From the human T2T-CHM13v2.0 reference genome, Homo sapiens, in assembly GCF_009914755.1 (NCBI RefSeq), contig NC_060930.1: DNA of 64,000 bases; one strand, written 5' to 3'. The notes beneath the pieces were generated by a model, which saw nothing but the letters and a program-made list of their open reading frames with translations, ran no database searches and had not been told where the DNA came from. Shown here in pieces: positions 11,601 through 24,983 of the stretch. The first letter of the stretch is position 1, and each line of letters begins with the position of its first letter. The translations under genes were made by a program, and so were the position numbers.

Positions 11601-14600
11601 CATTCCCTTTGATAGAGCAGTTTTGAGACACCGTTTTTGTAGAATTCCCAAGTGGATATTTAGAGCACTTTGAAGTCTCTGCTAGAAAAGGAAACATCTT
11701 CATGTAAAAAGTAGATAGAATCGTTCTCAGAAAGTGCTTAGTGACGTGTGCGTTCAACTCACAGAGTTTAACGTTTCTTTTGATAGAGCGTTTCTGAAAC
11801 ACCCTTCTTGTAGTAGCTGCAAGTGGATATTTGGACCTATTGGAGGCCTTCTTTGGAAATGGGATTTCTTCATGTAACTCTAGATTGAAGAGTTCTCAGA
11901 AACTCCTTTGTGATGTGTGCATTCAATTCAAAGAGTGAAACCTCCCTTTTCACAGAGCAGTTTTGAAACACTGTTTTTGTAGGATTTCCAAGGGGATATT
12001 TATAGCGCATTGAGCCTACGGCGGAAAAAGAAACATCTTCCTATAAAAACTAGACAGAATACTTCTCAGAATCTGCTTTGCGATGTGTGCGTTCAACTCA
12101 CAGAGTAAAACTTTTCTTTTGATAGAGCAGTTTTGAAACACTCTTTTTGTAGTATTTGCATGTGTATATTTAGAGCGCATTGAAGCCCACAGTAGAAAAG
12201 GAAATAACTTCACCTAAAACCTAGACAGAAGCAATCTCAGAAACTACTTTGTGATGTGTACATTCAACTCACAGAGTGGAACTTTCCTCTTTATAGAGCA
12301 GTGTTGAAACACTCTTTTTGTAGAAACTGCAAGTGGATATTTGGACCTCTTTGAGGCCTTCGTTGGAAACGGGATTTCTTCCTATAACCCTAGACAGAAG
12401 AATTTTCAGAAACCTCATTGTGATGTGTGCGTTCATCTCACAGAGTGGAGTCTTCCGTTTGATAGAGAAGTTTTGAAACCCTGTTCTTGTAGGATTTCCA
12501 AGTGGATATTTAGACCACTTTGAAGCCTATGATAGAAAAGGAAACATCTTCATGGAAAACATAGATAGAATCATCCTCAGAAACAACTTTGTGATGTGTG
12601 CGTTGAACTCACCGTCTTTAACCTTTCTTTTGGTAGAGAAGTTTTGAAACACTCTCTTTGTAAAGTCTACAAGTGGATATTTTGAGCCCTTGGAGGCATT
12701 CTTTGGAAAAGGGAATGTCTTCACATAAAAGGCAGACGGAAGTGTTCTCAGAAACTGCTTTGTGATGTCTGTGTTCAACTCACAGAGTTTAACATTTCCT
12801 TTGATAGAGCGGTTTAGTAACCCTCTCTTTGTAGAATTTGGAAGTGTATACTAAGAGCGCTTTGAGGCCTATGGTAGAAAAGGAAATATCTTTCCATAAA
12901 AGCTAGACAGAAGCAATCTCAGAAACTCCTTTGCGATGTCTGCATTCAACTCACCGAGTGGAACATTCCTCTTGAGAGAGCAGTTTGGAAACACTCTTTC
13001 TGTAGAATCAGCTTGTTTGTATTTGGACCTCCTTGAGGCCTTCGTTGGAAACGGGTTTTCATCTTATAAACCCAGACAGAAGAATTCTCAGAGTCTTCTT
13101 TGTGATGTGTGCTTTCAACTCACCGAGATAAAGATTTCTCTTGATAGAGCAATTTGGAAACACTCTTTTTGTAGAATTTGCAAGGGTACATTGAGAGCGC
13201 TTTCAGGCCTATGGTAGAAAAGGGAATATCTTTCCATAAAAGGTAGACAGAAGCAATCTCAGAAACTACTTTGTGATGTGTGCATTCAACTCACCGAGTG
13301 CAACGTTCCTCTTGACCGAGCAGTTTGGAAACATTGTTTCTGTAGAATCTGCAAGTGGATATTTGGACCTCTTTGAGGCCTTCGTTGGAAACGGGATTTC
13401 TTCCTATAAACCCAGACAGAAGAATTCTCAGAGACTTCTTTGTGATGTGTGAATTCAACTCACAGTGTGGATCCTTCCTTTTGATAGAGCAGTTTTGAAA
13501 CCCTGTTTTTGTAGTATTTCCAAGCGGATATTCGGAACGCCTTGAAGCGTATGGTAGAAAAGGAAATATCTTCCCATAAAACCTAGACAGAACCAATCTC
13601 AGAAACGACTTTGTGATGTCTGCATTCAACTCACAGAGTTGAACATTTCTCTTGATAGAGCAGTTTTGAAACCCTCTTTCTGAAGGATCTGCAAGTGGAT
13701 ATTTGGAACTCCTTTGGGTCTTCGTTGGAAACGGGATTTCTTCGTATAAATCTAGACAGAAGAATTCTCCGAAACTTCTTTGGTTGTGTGCATTCAAGTC
13801 ACAGAGTGGAACCTTCCTTTGGATAGAGCAGTTTGAAACGCCGTGGTTGTAGTATTTCCAAGCGGATATTAGAGCGCCTTGAGGCCTATGGTAGAAAAGG
13901 AAATATCTTCCCATAAAACCTAGACGGAAGCAATCTCAGAAACTACTGTGTGATGGCTGCATTCCACACACACGGTGGAACATTTCTCTTGATAGAGCAG
14001 TTTTGAAACACTCTTTCTGTAGAATCTGCAAGTGGATAATTGGACCGCCTTGAGGCCTTCGTTGGAAACGGGATTTCTTCATGTTACTCTAGATAGAAGA
14101 ATTCTCAAACACTGCTATGTGATGTTTGCATTCAAGTCACAGAGTGCAACATTCCTCTTGGTAGAGCAGTTGGGAAACACTCCTTTTGTAGAATCTGCAA
14201 TGGGATATTTGGACTTCTTTGAGGCCTTCGTTGGAAACGGGATTTCTTCGTATGAATCTAGACAGAAGAATTCTCAGAAACTTCCTTGTGATGTGTGCAT
14301 TCAACTCAGCGAGTGGCACCTTCCTTTGGATACAGCAGTTTTGAAACACTGTTTTTGTAGTATTTCCAAGCGGATATTTAGAGCGCCTTGAAGCCTATGC
14401 TAGAAATGGAAATATCTCCCCATAAAACCAAGACGGAAGCAATCTCAGAAACTAATGTGTGATGGCTGCATTCCACACACACGGTGGCCCATTTCTCTTG
14501 ATAGAGCAGTTTTGAAACACTCTTTCTGTAGAATCTGCAAGTGGATAATTGGACCTCCTAGAGGCCTTCGTTGGAAACGGGATTTCTTCATCTAAACCTA

Positions 14601-14779
14601 CAGAGAAGAATTCTCAGTAACTTCTTCGGATGTGTGCATTCGACGCACAGAATGGAACATTCCCTTTGATAGAGCAGTTTTGAGACACCGTTTTTGTAGA
14701 ATTCCCAAGTGGATATTTAGAGCACTTTGAAGTCTCTGCTAGAAAAGGAAACATCTTCATGTAAAAAGTAGATAGAATC
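5609..14779 (+). repeat. HOR units 3-5, three tandem 18-mers (starts 5609, 8666, 11723)
   Basis: 3057-bp spacing of marker ORFs at 5902, 8959, 12016 and 15073. Confidence 0.97.
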
Positions 14780-17700
14780 GTTCTCAGAAAGTGCTTAGTG
14801 ACGTGTGCGTTCAACTCACAGAGTTTAACGTTTCTTTTGATAGAGCGTTTCTGAAACACCCTTCTTGTAGTAGCTGCAAGTGGATATTTGGACCTATTGG
14901 AGGCCTTCTTTGGAAATGGGATTTCTTCATGTAACTCTAGATTGAAGAGTTCTCAGAAACTCCTTTGTGATGTGTGCATTCAATTCAAAGAGTGAAACCT
15001 CCCTTTTCACAGAGCAGTTTTGAAACACTGTTTTTGTAGGATTTCCAAGGGGATATTTATAGCGCATTGAGCCTACGGCGGAAAAAGAAACATCTTCCTA
15101 TAAAAACTAGACAGAATACTTCTCAGAATCTGCTTTGCGATGTGTGCGTTCAACTCACAGAGTAAAACTTTTCTTTTGATAGAGCAGTTTTGAAACACTC
15201 TTTTTGTAGTATTTGCATGTGTATATTTAGAGCGCATTGAAGCCCACAGTAGAAAAGGAAATAACTTCACCTAAAACCTAGACAGAAGCAATCTCAGAAA
15301 CTACTTTGTGATGTGTACATTCAACTCACAGAGTGGAACTTTCCTCTTTATAGAGCAGTGTTGAAACACTCTTTTTGTAGAAACTGCAAGTGGATATTTG
15401 GACCTCTTTGAGGCCTTCGTTGGAAACGGGATTTCTTCCTATAACCCTAGACAGAAGAATTTTCAGAAACCTCATTGTGATGTGTGCGTTCATCTCACAG
15501 AGTGGAGTCTTCCGTTTGATAGAGAAGTTTTGAAACCCTGTTCTTGTAGGATTTCCAAGTGGATATTTAGACCACTTTGAAGCCTATGATAGAAAAGGAA
15601 ACATCTTCATGGAAAACATAGATAGAATCATTCTCAGAAACAACTTTGTGATGTGTGCGTTGAACTCACCGTCTTTAACCTTTCTTTTGGTAGAGAAGTT
15701 TTGAAACACTCTCTTTGTAAAGTCTACAAGTGGATATTTTGAGCCCTTGGAGGCATTCTTTGGAAAAGGGAATGTCTTCACATAAAAGGCAGACGGAAGT
15801 GTTCTCAGAAACTGCTTTGTGATGTCTGTGTTCAACTCACAGAGTTTAACATTTCCTTTGATAGAGCGGTTTAGTAACCCTCTCTTTGTAGAATTTGGAA
15901 GTGTATACTAAGAGCGCTTTGAGGCCTATGGTAGAAAAGGAAATATCTTTCCATAAAAGCTAGACAGAAGCAATCTCAGAAACTCCTTTGCGATGTCTGC
16001 ATTCAACTCACCGAGTGGAACATTCCTCTTGAGAGAGCAGTTTGGAAACACTCTTTCTGTAGAATCAGCTTGTTTGTATTTGGACCTCCTTGAGGCCTTC
16101 GTTGGAAACGGGTTTTCATCTTATAAACCCAGACAGAAGAATTCTCAGAGTCTTCTTTGTGATGTGTGCTTTCAACTCACCGAGATAAAGATTTCTCTTG
16201 ATAGAGCAATTTGGAAACACTCTTTTTGTAGAATTTGCAAGGGTACATTGAGAGCGCTTTCAGGCCTATGGTAGAAAAGGGAATATCTTTCCATAAAAGG
16301 TAGACAGAAGCAATCTCAGAAACTACTTTGTGATGTGTGCATTCAACTCACCGAGTGCAACGTTCCTCTTGACCGAGCAGTTTGGAAACATTGTTTCTGT
16401 AGAATCTGCAAGTGGATATTTGGACCTCTTTGAGGCCTTCGTTGGAAACGGGATTTCTTCCTATAAACCCAGACAGAAGAATTCTCAGAGACTTCTTTGT
16501 GATGTGTGAATTCAACTCACAGTGTGGATCCTTCCTTTTGATAGAGCAGTTTTGAAACCCTGTTTTTGTAGTATTTCCAAGCGGATATTTGGAACGCCTT
16601 GAAGCGTATGGTAGAAAAGGAAATATCTTCCCATAAAACCTAGACAGAACCAATCTCAGAAACGACTTTGTGATGTCTGCATTCAAGTCACAGAGTTGAA
16701 CATTTCTCTTGATAGAGCAGTTTTGAAACCCTCTTTCTGAAGGATCTGCAAGTGGATATTTGGAACTCCTTTGGGTCTTCGTTGGAAACGGGATTTCTTC
16801 GTATAAATCTAGACAGAAGAATTCTCAGAAACTTCCTTGTGATGTGTGCATTCAACTCAGCGAGTGGCACCTTCCTTTGGATACAGCAGTTTTGAAACAC
16901 TGTTTTTGTAGTATTTCCAAGCGGATATTTAGAGCGCCTTGAAGCCTATGCTAGAAATGGAAATATCTCCCCATAAAACCAAGACGGAAGCAATCTCAGA
17001 AACTAATGTGTGATGGCTGCATTCCACACACACGGTGGACCATTTCTCTTGATAGAGCTGTTTTGAAACACTCTTTCTGTAGAATCTGCAAGTGGATAAT
17101 TGGACCTCCGAGAGGCCTTCGTTGGAAACGGGATTTCTTCATCTAAACCTACAGAGAAGTATTCTCAGTAACTTCTTCGGATGTGTGCATTCGACGCACA
17201 GAATGGAACATTCCCTTTGATAGAGCAGTTTTGAGACACCGTTTTTGTAGAATTCCCAAGTGGATATTTAGAGCACTTTGAAGTCTCTGCTAGAAAAGGA
17301 AACATCTTCATGTAAAAAGTAGATAGAATCGTTCTCAGAAAGTGCTTAGTGTCGTGTGCGTTCAACTCACAGAGTTTAACGTTTCTTTTGATAGAGCGTT
17401 TCTGAAACACCCTTCTTGTAGTAGCTGCAAGTGGATATTTGGACCTATTGGAGGCCTTCTTTGGAAATGGGATTTCTTCATGTAACTCTAGATTGAAGAA
17501 TTCTCAGAAACTCCTTTGTGATGTGTGCATTCCATTCAAAGAGTGAAACCTCTCTTTTCACAGAGCAGTTTTGAAACACTGTTTTTGTAGGATTTCCAAG
17601 GGGATATTTATAGCGCATTGAGCCTACGGCGGAAAAAGAAACATCTTCCTATAAAAACTAGACAGAATACTTCTCAGAATCTGCTTTGCGATGTGTGCGT

Positions 17701-20700
17701 TCAACTCACAGAGTAAAACTTTTCTTTTGATAGAGCAGTTTTGAAACACTCTTTTTGTAGTATTTGCATGTGTATATTTAGAGCGCATTGAAGCCCACAG
17801 TAGAAAAGGAAATAACTTCACCTAAAACCTAGACAGAAGCAATCTCAGAAACTACTTTGTGATGTGTACATTCAACTCACAGAGTGGAACTTTCCTCTTT
17901 ATAGAGCAGTGTTGAAACACTCTTTTTGTAGAAACTGCAAGTGGATATTTGGACCTCTTTGAGGCCTTCGTTGGAAACGGGATTTCTTCCTATAACCCTA
18001 GACAGAAGAATTTTCAGAAACCTCATTGTGATGTGTGCGTTCATCTCACAGAGTGGAGTCTTCCGTTTGATAGAGAAGTTTTGAAACCCTGTTCTTGTAG
18101 GATTTCCAAGTGGATATTTAGACCACTTTGAAGCCTATGATAGAAAAGGAAACATCTTCATGGAAAACATAGATAGAATCATCCTCAGAAACAACTTTGT
18201 GATGTGTGCGTTGAACTCACCGTCTTTAACCTTTCTTTTGGTAGAGAAGTTTTGAAACACTCTCTTTGTAAAGTCTACAAGTGGATATTTTGAGCCCTTG
18301 GAGGCATTCTTTGGAAAAGGGAATGTCTTCACATAAAAGGCAGACGGAAGTGTTCTCAGAAACTGCTTTGTGATGTCTGTGTTCAACTCACAGAGTTTAA
18401 CATTTCCTTTGATAGAGCGGTTTAGTAACCCTCTCTTTGTAGAATTTGGAAGTGTATACTAAGAGCGCTTTGAGGCCTATGGTAGAAAAGGAAATATCTT
18501 TCCATAAAAGCTAGACAGAAGCAATCTCAGAAACTCCTTTGTGATGTCTGCATTCAACTCACCGAGTGGAACATTCCTCTTGAGAGAGCAGTTTGGAAAC
18601 ACTCTTTCTGTAGAATCAGCTTGTTTGTATTTGGACCTCCTTGAGGCCTTCGTTGGAAACGGGTTTTCATCTTATAAACCCAGACAGAAGAATTCTCAGA
18701 GTCTTCTTTGTGATGTGTGCTTTCAACTCACCGAGATAAAGATTTCTCTTGATAGAGCAATTTGGAAACACTCTTTTTGTAGAATTTGCAAGGGTACATT
18801 GAGAGCGCTTTCAGGCCTATGGTAGAAAAGGGAATATCTTTCCATAAAAGGTAGACAGAAGCAATCTCAGAAACTACTTTGTGATGTGTGCATTCAACTC
18901 ACCGAGTGCAACGTTCCTCTTGACCGAGCAGTTTGGAAACATTGTTTCTGTAGAATCTGCAAGTGGATATTTGGACCTCTTTGAGGCCTTCGTTGGAAAC
19001 GGGATTTCTTCCTATAAACCCAGACAGAAGAATTCTCAGAGACTTCTTTGTGATGTGTGAATTCAACTCACAGTGTGGATCCTTCCTTTTGATAGAGCAG
19101 TTTTGAAACCCTGTTTTTGTAGTATTTCCAAGCGGATATTCGGAACGCCTTGAAGCGTATGGTAGAAAAGGAAATATCTTCCCATAAAACCTAGACAGAA
19201 CCAATCTCAGAAACGACTTTGTGATGTCTGCATTCAAGTCACAGAGTTGAACATTTCTCTTGATAGAGCAGTTTTGAAACCCTCTTTCTGAAGGATCTGC
19301 AAGTGGATATTTGGAACTCCTTTGGGTCTTCGTTGGAAACGGGATTTCTTCGTATAAATCTAGACAGAAGAATTCTCAGAAACTTCCTTGTGATGTGTGC
19401 ATTCAACTCAGCGAGTGGCACCTTCCTTTGGATACAGCAGTTTTGAAACACTGTTTTTGTAGTATTTCCAAGCGGATATTTAGAGCGCCTTGAAGCCTAT
19501 GCTAGAAATGGAAATATCTCCCCATAAAACCAAGACGGAAGCAATCTCAGAAACTAATGTGTGATGGCTGCATTCCACACACACGGTGGACCATTTCTCT
19601 TGATAGAGCAGTTTTGAAACACTCTTTCTGTAGAATCTGCAAGTGGATAATTGGACCTCCTAGAGGCCTTCGTTGGAAACGGGATTTCTTCATCTAAACC
19701 TACAGAGAAGTATTCTCAGTAACTTCTTCGGATGTGTGCATTCGACGCACAGAATGGAACATTCCCTTTGATAGAGCAGTTTTGAGACACCGTTTTTGTA
19801 GAATTCCCAAGTGGATATTTAGAGCACTTTGAAGTCTCTGCTAGAAAAGGAAACATCTTCATGTAAAAAGTAGATAGAATCGTTCTCAGAAAGTGCTTAG
19901 TGTCGTGTGCGTTCAACTCACAGAGTTTAACGTTTCTTTTGATAGAGCGTTTCTGAAACACCCTTCTTGTAGTAGCTGCAAGTGGATATTTGGACCTATT
20001 GGAGGCCTTCTTTGGAAATGGGATTTCTTCATGTAACTCTAGATTGAAGAATTCTCAGAAACTCCTTTGTGATGTGTGCATTCAATTCAAAGAGTGAAAC
20101 CTCTCTTTTCACAGAGCAGTTTTGAAACACTGTTTTTGTAGGATTTCCAAGGGGATATTTATAGCGCATTGAGCCTACGGCGGAAAAAGAAACATCTTCC
20201 TATAAAAACTAGACAGAATACTTCTCAGAATCTGCTTTGCGATGTGTGCGTTCAACTCACAGAGTAAAACTTTTCTTTTGATAGAGCAGTTTTGAAACAC
20301 TCTTTTTGTAGTATTTGCATGTGTATATTTAGAGCGCATTGAAGCCCACAGTAGAAAAGGAAATAACTTCACCTAAAACCTAGACAGAAGCAATCACAGA
20401 AACTACTTTGTGATGTGTACATTCAACTCACAGAGTGGAACTTTCCTCTTTATAGAGCAGTGTTGAAACACTCTTTTTGTAGAAACTGCAAGTGGATATT
20501 TGGACCTCTTTGAGGCCTTCGTTGGAAACGGGATTTCTTCCTATAACCCTAGACAGAAGAATTTTCAGAAACCTCATTGTGATGTGTGCGTTCATCTCAC
20601 AGAGTGGAGTCTTCTGTTTGATAGAGAAGTTTTGAAACCCTGTTCTTGTAGGATTTCCAAGTGGATATTTAGACCACTTTGAAGCCTATGATAGAAAAGG

Positions 20701-23700
20701 AAACATCTTCATGGAAAACATAGATAGAATCATCCTCAGAAACAACTTTGTGATGTGTGCGTTGAACTCACCGTCTTTAACCTTTCTTTTGGTAGAGAAG
20801 TTTTGAAACACTCTCTTTGTAAAGTCTACAAGTGGATATTTTGAGCCCTTGGAGGCATTCTTTGGAAAAGGGAATGTCTTCACATAAAAGGCAGACGGAA
20901 GTGTTCTCAGAAACTGCTTTGTGATGTCTGTGTTCAACTCACAGAGTTTAACATTTCCTTTGATAGAGCGGTTTAGTAACCCTCTCTTTGTAGAATTTGG
21001 AAGTGTATACTAAGAGCGCTTTGAGGCCTATGGTAGAAAAGGAAATATCTTTCCATAAAAGCTAGACAGAAGCAATCTCAGAAACTCCTCTGTGATGTCT
21101 GCATTCAACTCACCGAGTGGAACATTCCTCTTGATAGAGCAGTTTGGAAACACTCTTTCTGTAGAATCAGCTTGTTTGTATTTGGACCTCCTTGAGGCCT
21201 TCGTTGGAAACGGGTTTTCATCTTATAAACCCAGACAGAAGAATTCTCAGAGTCTTCTTTGTGATGTGTGCTTTCAACTCACCGAGATAAAGATTTCTCT
21301 TGATAGAGCAATTTGGAAACACTCTTTTTGTAGAATTTGCAAGGGTACATTGAGAGCGCTTTCAGGCCTATGGTAGAAAAGGGAATATCTTTCCATAAAA
21401 GGTAGACAGAAGCAATCTCAGAAACTACTTTGTGATGTGTGCATTCAACTCACCGAGTGCAACGTTCCTCTTGACCGAGCAGTTTGGAAACATTGTTTCT
21501 GTAGAATCTGCAAGTGGATATTTGGACCTCTTTGAGGCCTTCGTTGGAAACGGGATTTCTTCCTATAAACCCAGACAGAAGAATTCTCAGAGACTTCTTT
21601 GTGATGTGTGAATTCAACTCACAGTGTGGATCCTTCCTTTTGATAGAGCAGTTTTGAAACCCTGTTTTTGTAGTATTTCCAAGCGGATATTTGGAACGCC
21701 TTGAAGCGTATGGTAGAAAAGGAAATATCTTCCCATAAAACCTAGACAGAACCAATCTCAGAAACGACTTTGTGATGTCTGCATTCAAGTCACAGAGTTG
21801 AACATTTCTCTTGATAGAGCAGTTTTGAAACCCTCTTTCTGAAGGATCTGCAAGTGGATATTTGGAACTCCTTTGGGTCTTCGTTGGAAACGGGATTTCT
21901 TCGTATAAATCTAGACAGAAGAATTCTCAGAAACTTCCTTGTGATGTGTGCATTCAACTCAGCGAGTGGCACCTTCCTTTGGATACAGCAGTTTTGAAAC
22001 ACTGTTTTTGTAGTATTTCCAAGCGGATATTTAGAGCGCCTTGAAGCCTATGCTAGAAATGGAAATATCTCCCCATAAAACCAAGACGGAAGCAATCTCA
22101 GAAACTAATGTGTGATGGCTGCATTCCACACACACGGTGGACCATTTCTCTTGATAGAGCTGTTTTGAAACACTCTTTCTGTAGAATCTGCAAGTGGATA
22201 ATTGGACCTCCGAGAGGCCTTCGTTGGAAACGGGATTTCTTCATCTAAACCTACAGAGAAGTATTCTCAGTAACTTCTTCGGATGTGTGCATTCGACGCA
22301 CAGAATGGAACATTCCCTTTGATAGAGCAGTTTTGAGACACCGTTTTTGTAGAATTCCCAAGTGGATATTTAGAGCACTTTGAAGTCTCTGCTAGAAAAG
22401 GAAACATCTTCATGTAAAAAGTAGATAGAATCGTTCTCAGAAAGTGCTTAGTGTCGTGTGCGTTCAACTCACAGAGTTTAACGTTTCTTTTGATAGAGCG
22501 TTTCTGAAACACCCTTCTTGTAGTAGCTGCAAGTGGATATTTGGACCTATTGGAGGCCTTCTTTGGAAATGGGATTTCTTCATGTAACTCTAGATTGAAG
22601 AATTCTCAGAAACTCCTTTGTGATGTGTGCATTCCATTCAAAGAGTGAAACCTCTCTTTTCACAGAGCAGTTTTGAAACACTGTTTTTGTAGGATTTCCA
22701 AGGGGATATTTATAGCGCATTGAGCCTACGGCGGAAAAAGAAACATCTTCCTATAAAAACTAGACAGAATACTTCTCAGAATCTGCTTTGCGATGTGTGC
22801 GTTCAACTCACAGAGTAAAACTTTTCTTTTGATAGAGCAGTTTTGAAACACTCTTTTTGTAGTATTTGCATGTGTATATTTAGAGCGCATTGAAGCCCAC
22901 AGTAGAAAAGGAAATAACTTCACCTAAAACCTAGACAGAAGCAATCTCAGAAACTACTTTGTGATGTGTACATTCAACTCACAGAGTGGAACTTTCCTCT
23001 TTATAGAGCAGTGTTGAAACACTCTTTTTGTAGAAACTGCAAGTGGATATTTGGACCTCTTTGAGGCCTTCGTTGGAAACGGGATTTCTTCCTATAACCC
23101 TAGACAGAAGAATTTTCAGAAACCTCATTGTGATGTGTGCGTTCATCTCACAGAGTGGAGTCTTCCGTTTGATAGAGAAGTTTTGAAACCCTGTTCTTGT
23201 AGGATTTCCAAGTGGATATTTAGACCACTTTGAAGCCTATGATAGAAAAGGAAACATCTTCATGGAAAACATAGATAGAATCATCCTCAGAAACAACTTT
23301 GTGATGTGTGCGTTGAACTCACCGTCTTTAACCTTTCTTTTGGTAGAGAAGTTTTGAAACACTCTCTTTGTAAAGTCTACAAGTGGATATTTTGAGCCCT
23401 TGGAGGCATTCTTTGGAAAAGGGAATGTCTTCACATAAAAGGCAGACGGAAGTGTTCTCAGAAACTGCTTTGTGATGTCTGTGTTCAACTCACAGAGTTT
23501 AACATTTCCTTTGATAGAGCGGTTTAGTAACCCTCTCTTTGTAGAATTTGGAAGTGTATACTAAGAGCGCTTTGAGGCCTATGGTAGAAAAGGAAATATC
23601 TTTCCATAAAAGCTAGACAGAAGCAATCTCAGAAACTCCTTTGTGATGTCTGCATTCAACTCACCGAGTGGAACATTCCTCTTGAGAGAGCAGTTTGGAA

Positions 23701-24983
23701 ACACTCTTTCTGTAGAATCAGCTTGTTTGTATTTGGACCTCCTTGAGGCCTTCGTTGGAAACGGGTTTTCATCTTATAAACCCAGACAGAAGAATTCTCA
23801 GAGTCTTCTTTGTGATGTGTGCTTTCAACTCACCGAGATAAAGATTTCTCTTGATAGAGCAATTTGGAAACACTCTTTTTGTAGAATTTGCAAGGGTACA
23901 TTGAGAGCGCTTTCAGGCCTATGGTAGAAAAGGGAATATCTTTCCATAAAAGGTAGACAGAAGCAATCTCAGAAACTACTTTGTGATGTGTGCATTCAAC
24001 TCACCGAGTGCAACGTTCCTCTTGACCGAGCAGTTTGGAAACATTGTTTCTGTAGAATCTGCAAGTGGATATTTGGACCTCTTTGAGGCCTTCGTTGGAA
24101 ACGGGATTTCTTCCTATAAACCCAGACAGAAGAATTCTCAGAGACTTCTTTGTGATGTGTGAATTCAACTCACAGTGTGGATCCTTCCTTTTGATAGAGC
24201 AGTTTTGAAACCCTGTTTTTGTAGTATTTCCAAGCGGATATTCGGAACGCCTTGAAGCGTATGGTAGAAAAGGAAATATCTTCCCATAAAACCTAGACAG
24301 AACCAATCTCAGAAACGACTTTGTGATGTCTGCATTCAAGTCACAGAGTTGAACATTTCTCTTGATAGAGCAGTTTTGAAACCCTCTTTCTGAAGGATCT
24401 GCAAGTGGATATTTGGAACTCCTTTGGGTCTTCGTTGGAAACGGGATTTCTTCGTATAAATCTAGACAGAAGAATTCTCAGAAACTTCCTTGTGATGTGT
24501 GCATTCAACTCAGCGAGTGGCACCTTCCTTTGGATACAGCAGTTTTGAAACACTGTTTTTGTAGTATTTCCAAGCGGATATTTAGAGCGCCTTGAAGCCT
24601 ATGCTAGAAATGGAAATATCTCCCCATAAAACCAAGACGGAAGCAATCTCAGAAACTAATGTGTGATGGCTGCATTCCACACACACGGTGGACCATTTCT
24701 CTTGATAGAGCAGTTTTGAAACACTCTTTCTGTAGAATCTGCAAGTGGATAATTGGACCTCCTAGAGGCCTTCGTTGGAAACGGGATTTCTTCATCTAAA
24801 CCTACAGAGAAGTATTCTCAGTAACTTCTTCGGATGTGTGCATTCGACGCACAGAATGGAACATTCCCTTTGATAGAGCAGTTTTGAGACACCGTTTTTG
24901 TAGAATTCCCAAGTGGATATTTAGAGCACTTTGAAGTCTCTGCTAGAAAAGGAAACATCTTCATGTAAAAAGTAGATAGAATC
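14780..24983 (+). repeat. HOR units 6-9, four tandem 15-mers (starts 14780, 17331, 19882, 22433)
   Basis: 2551-bp spacing of marker ORFs at 15073, 17624, 20175, 22726 and 25277. Confidence 0.97.
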
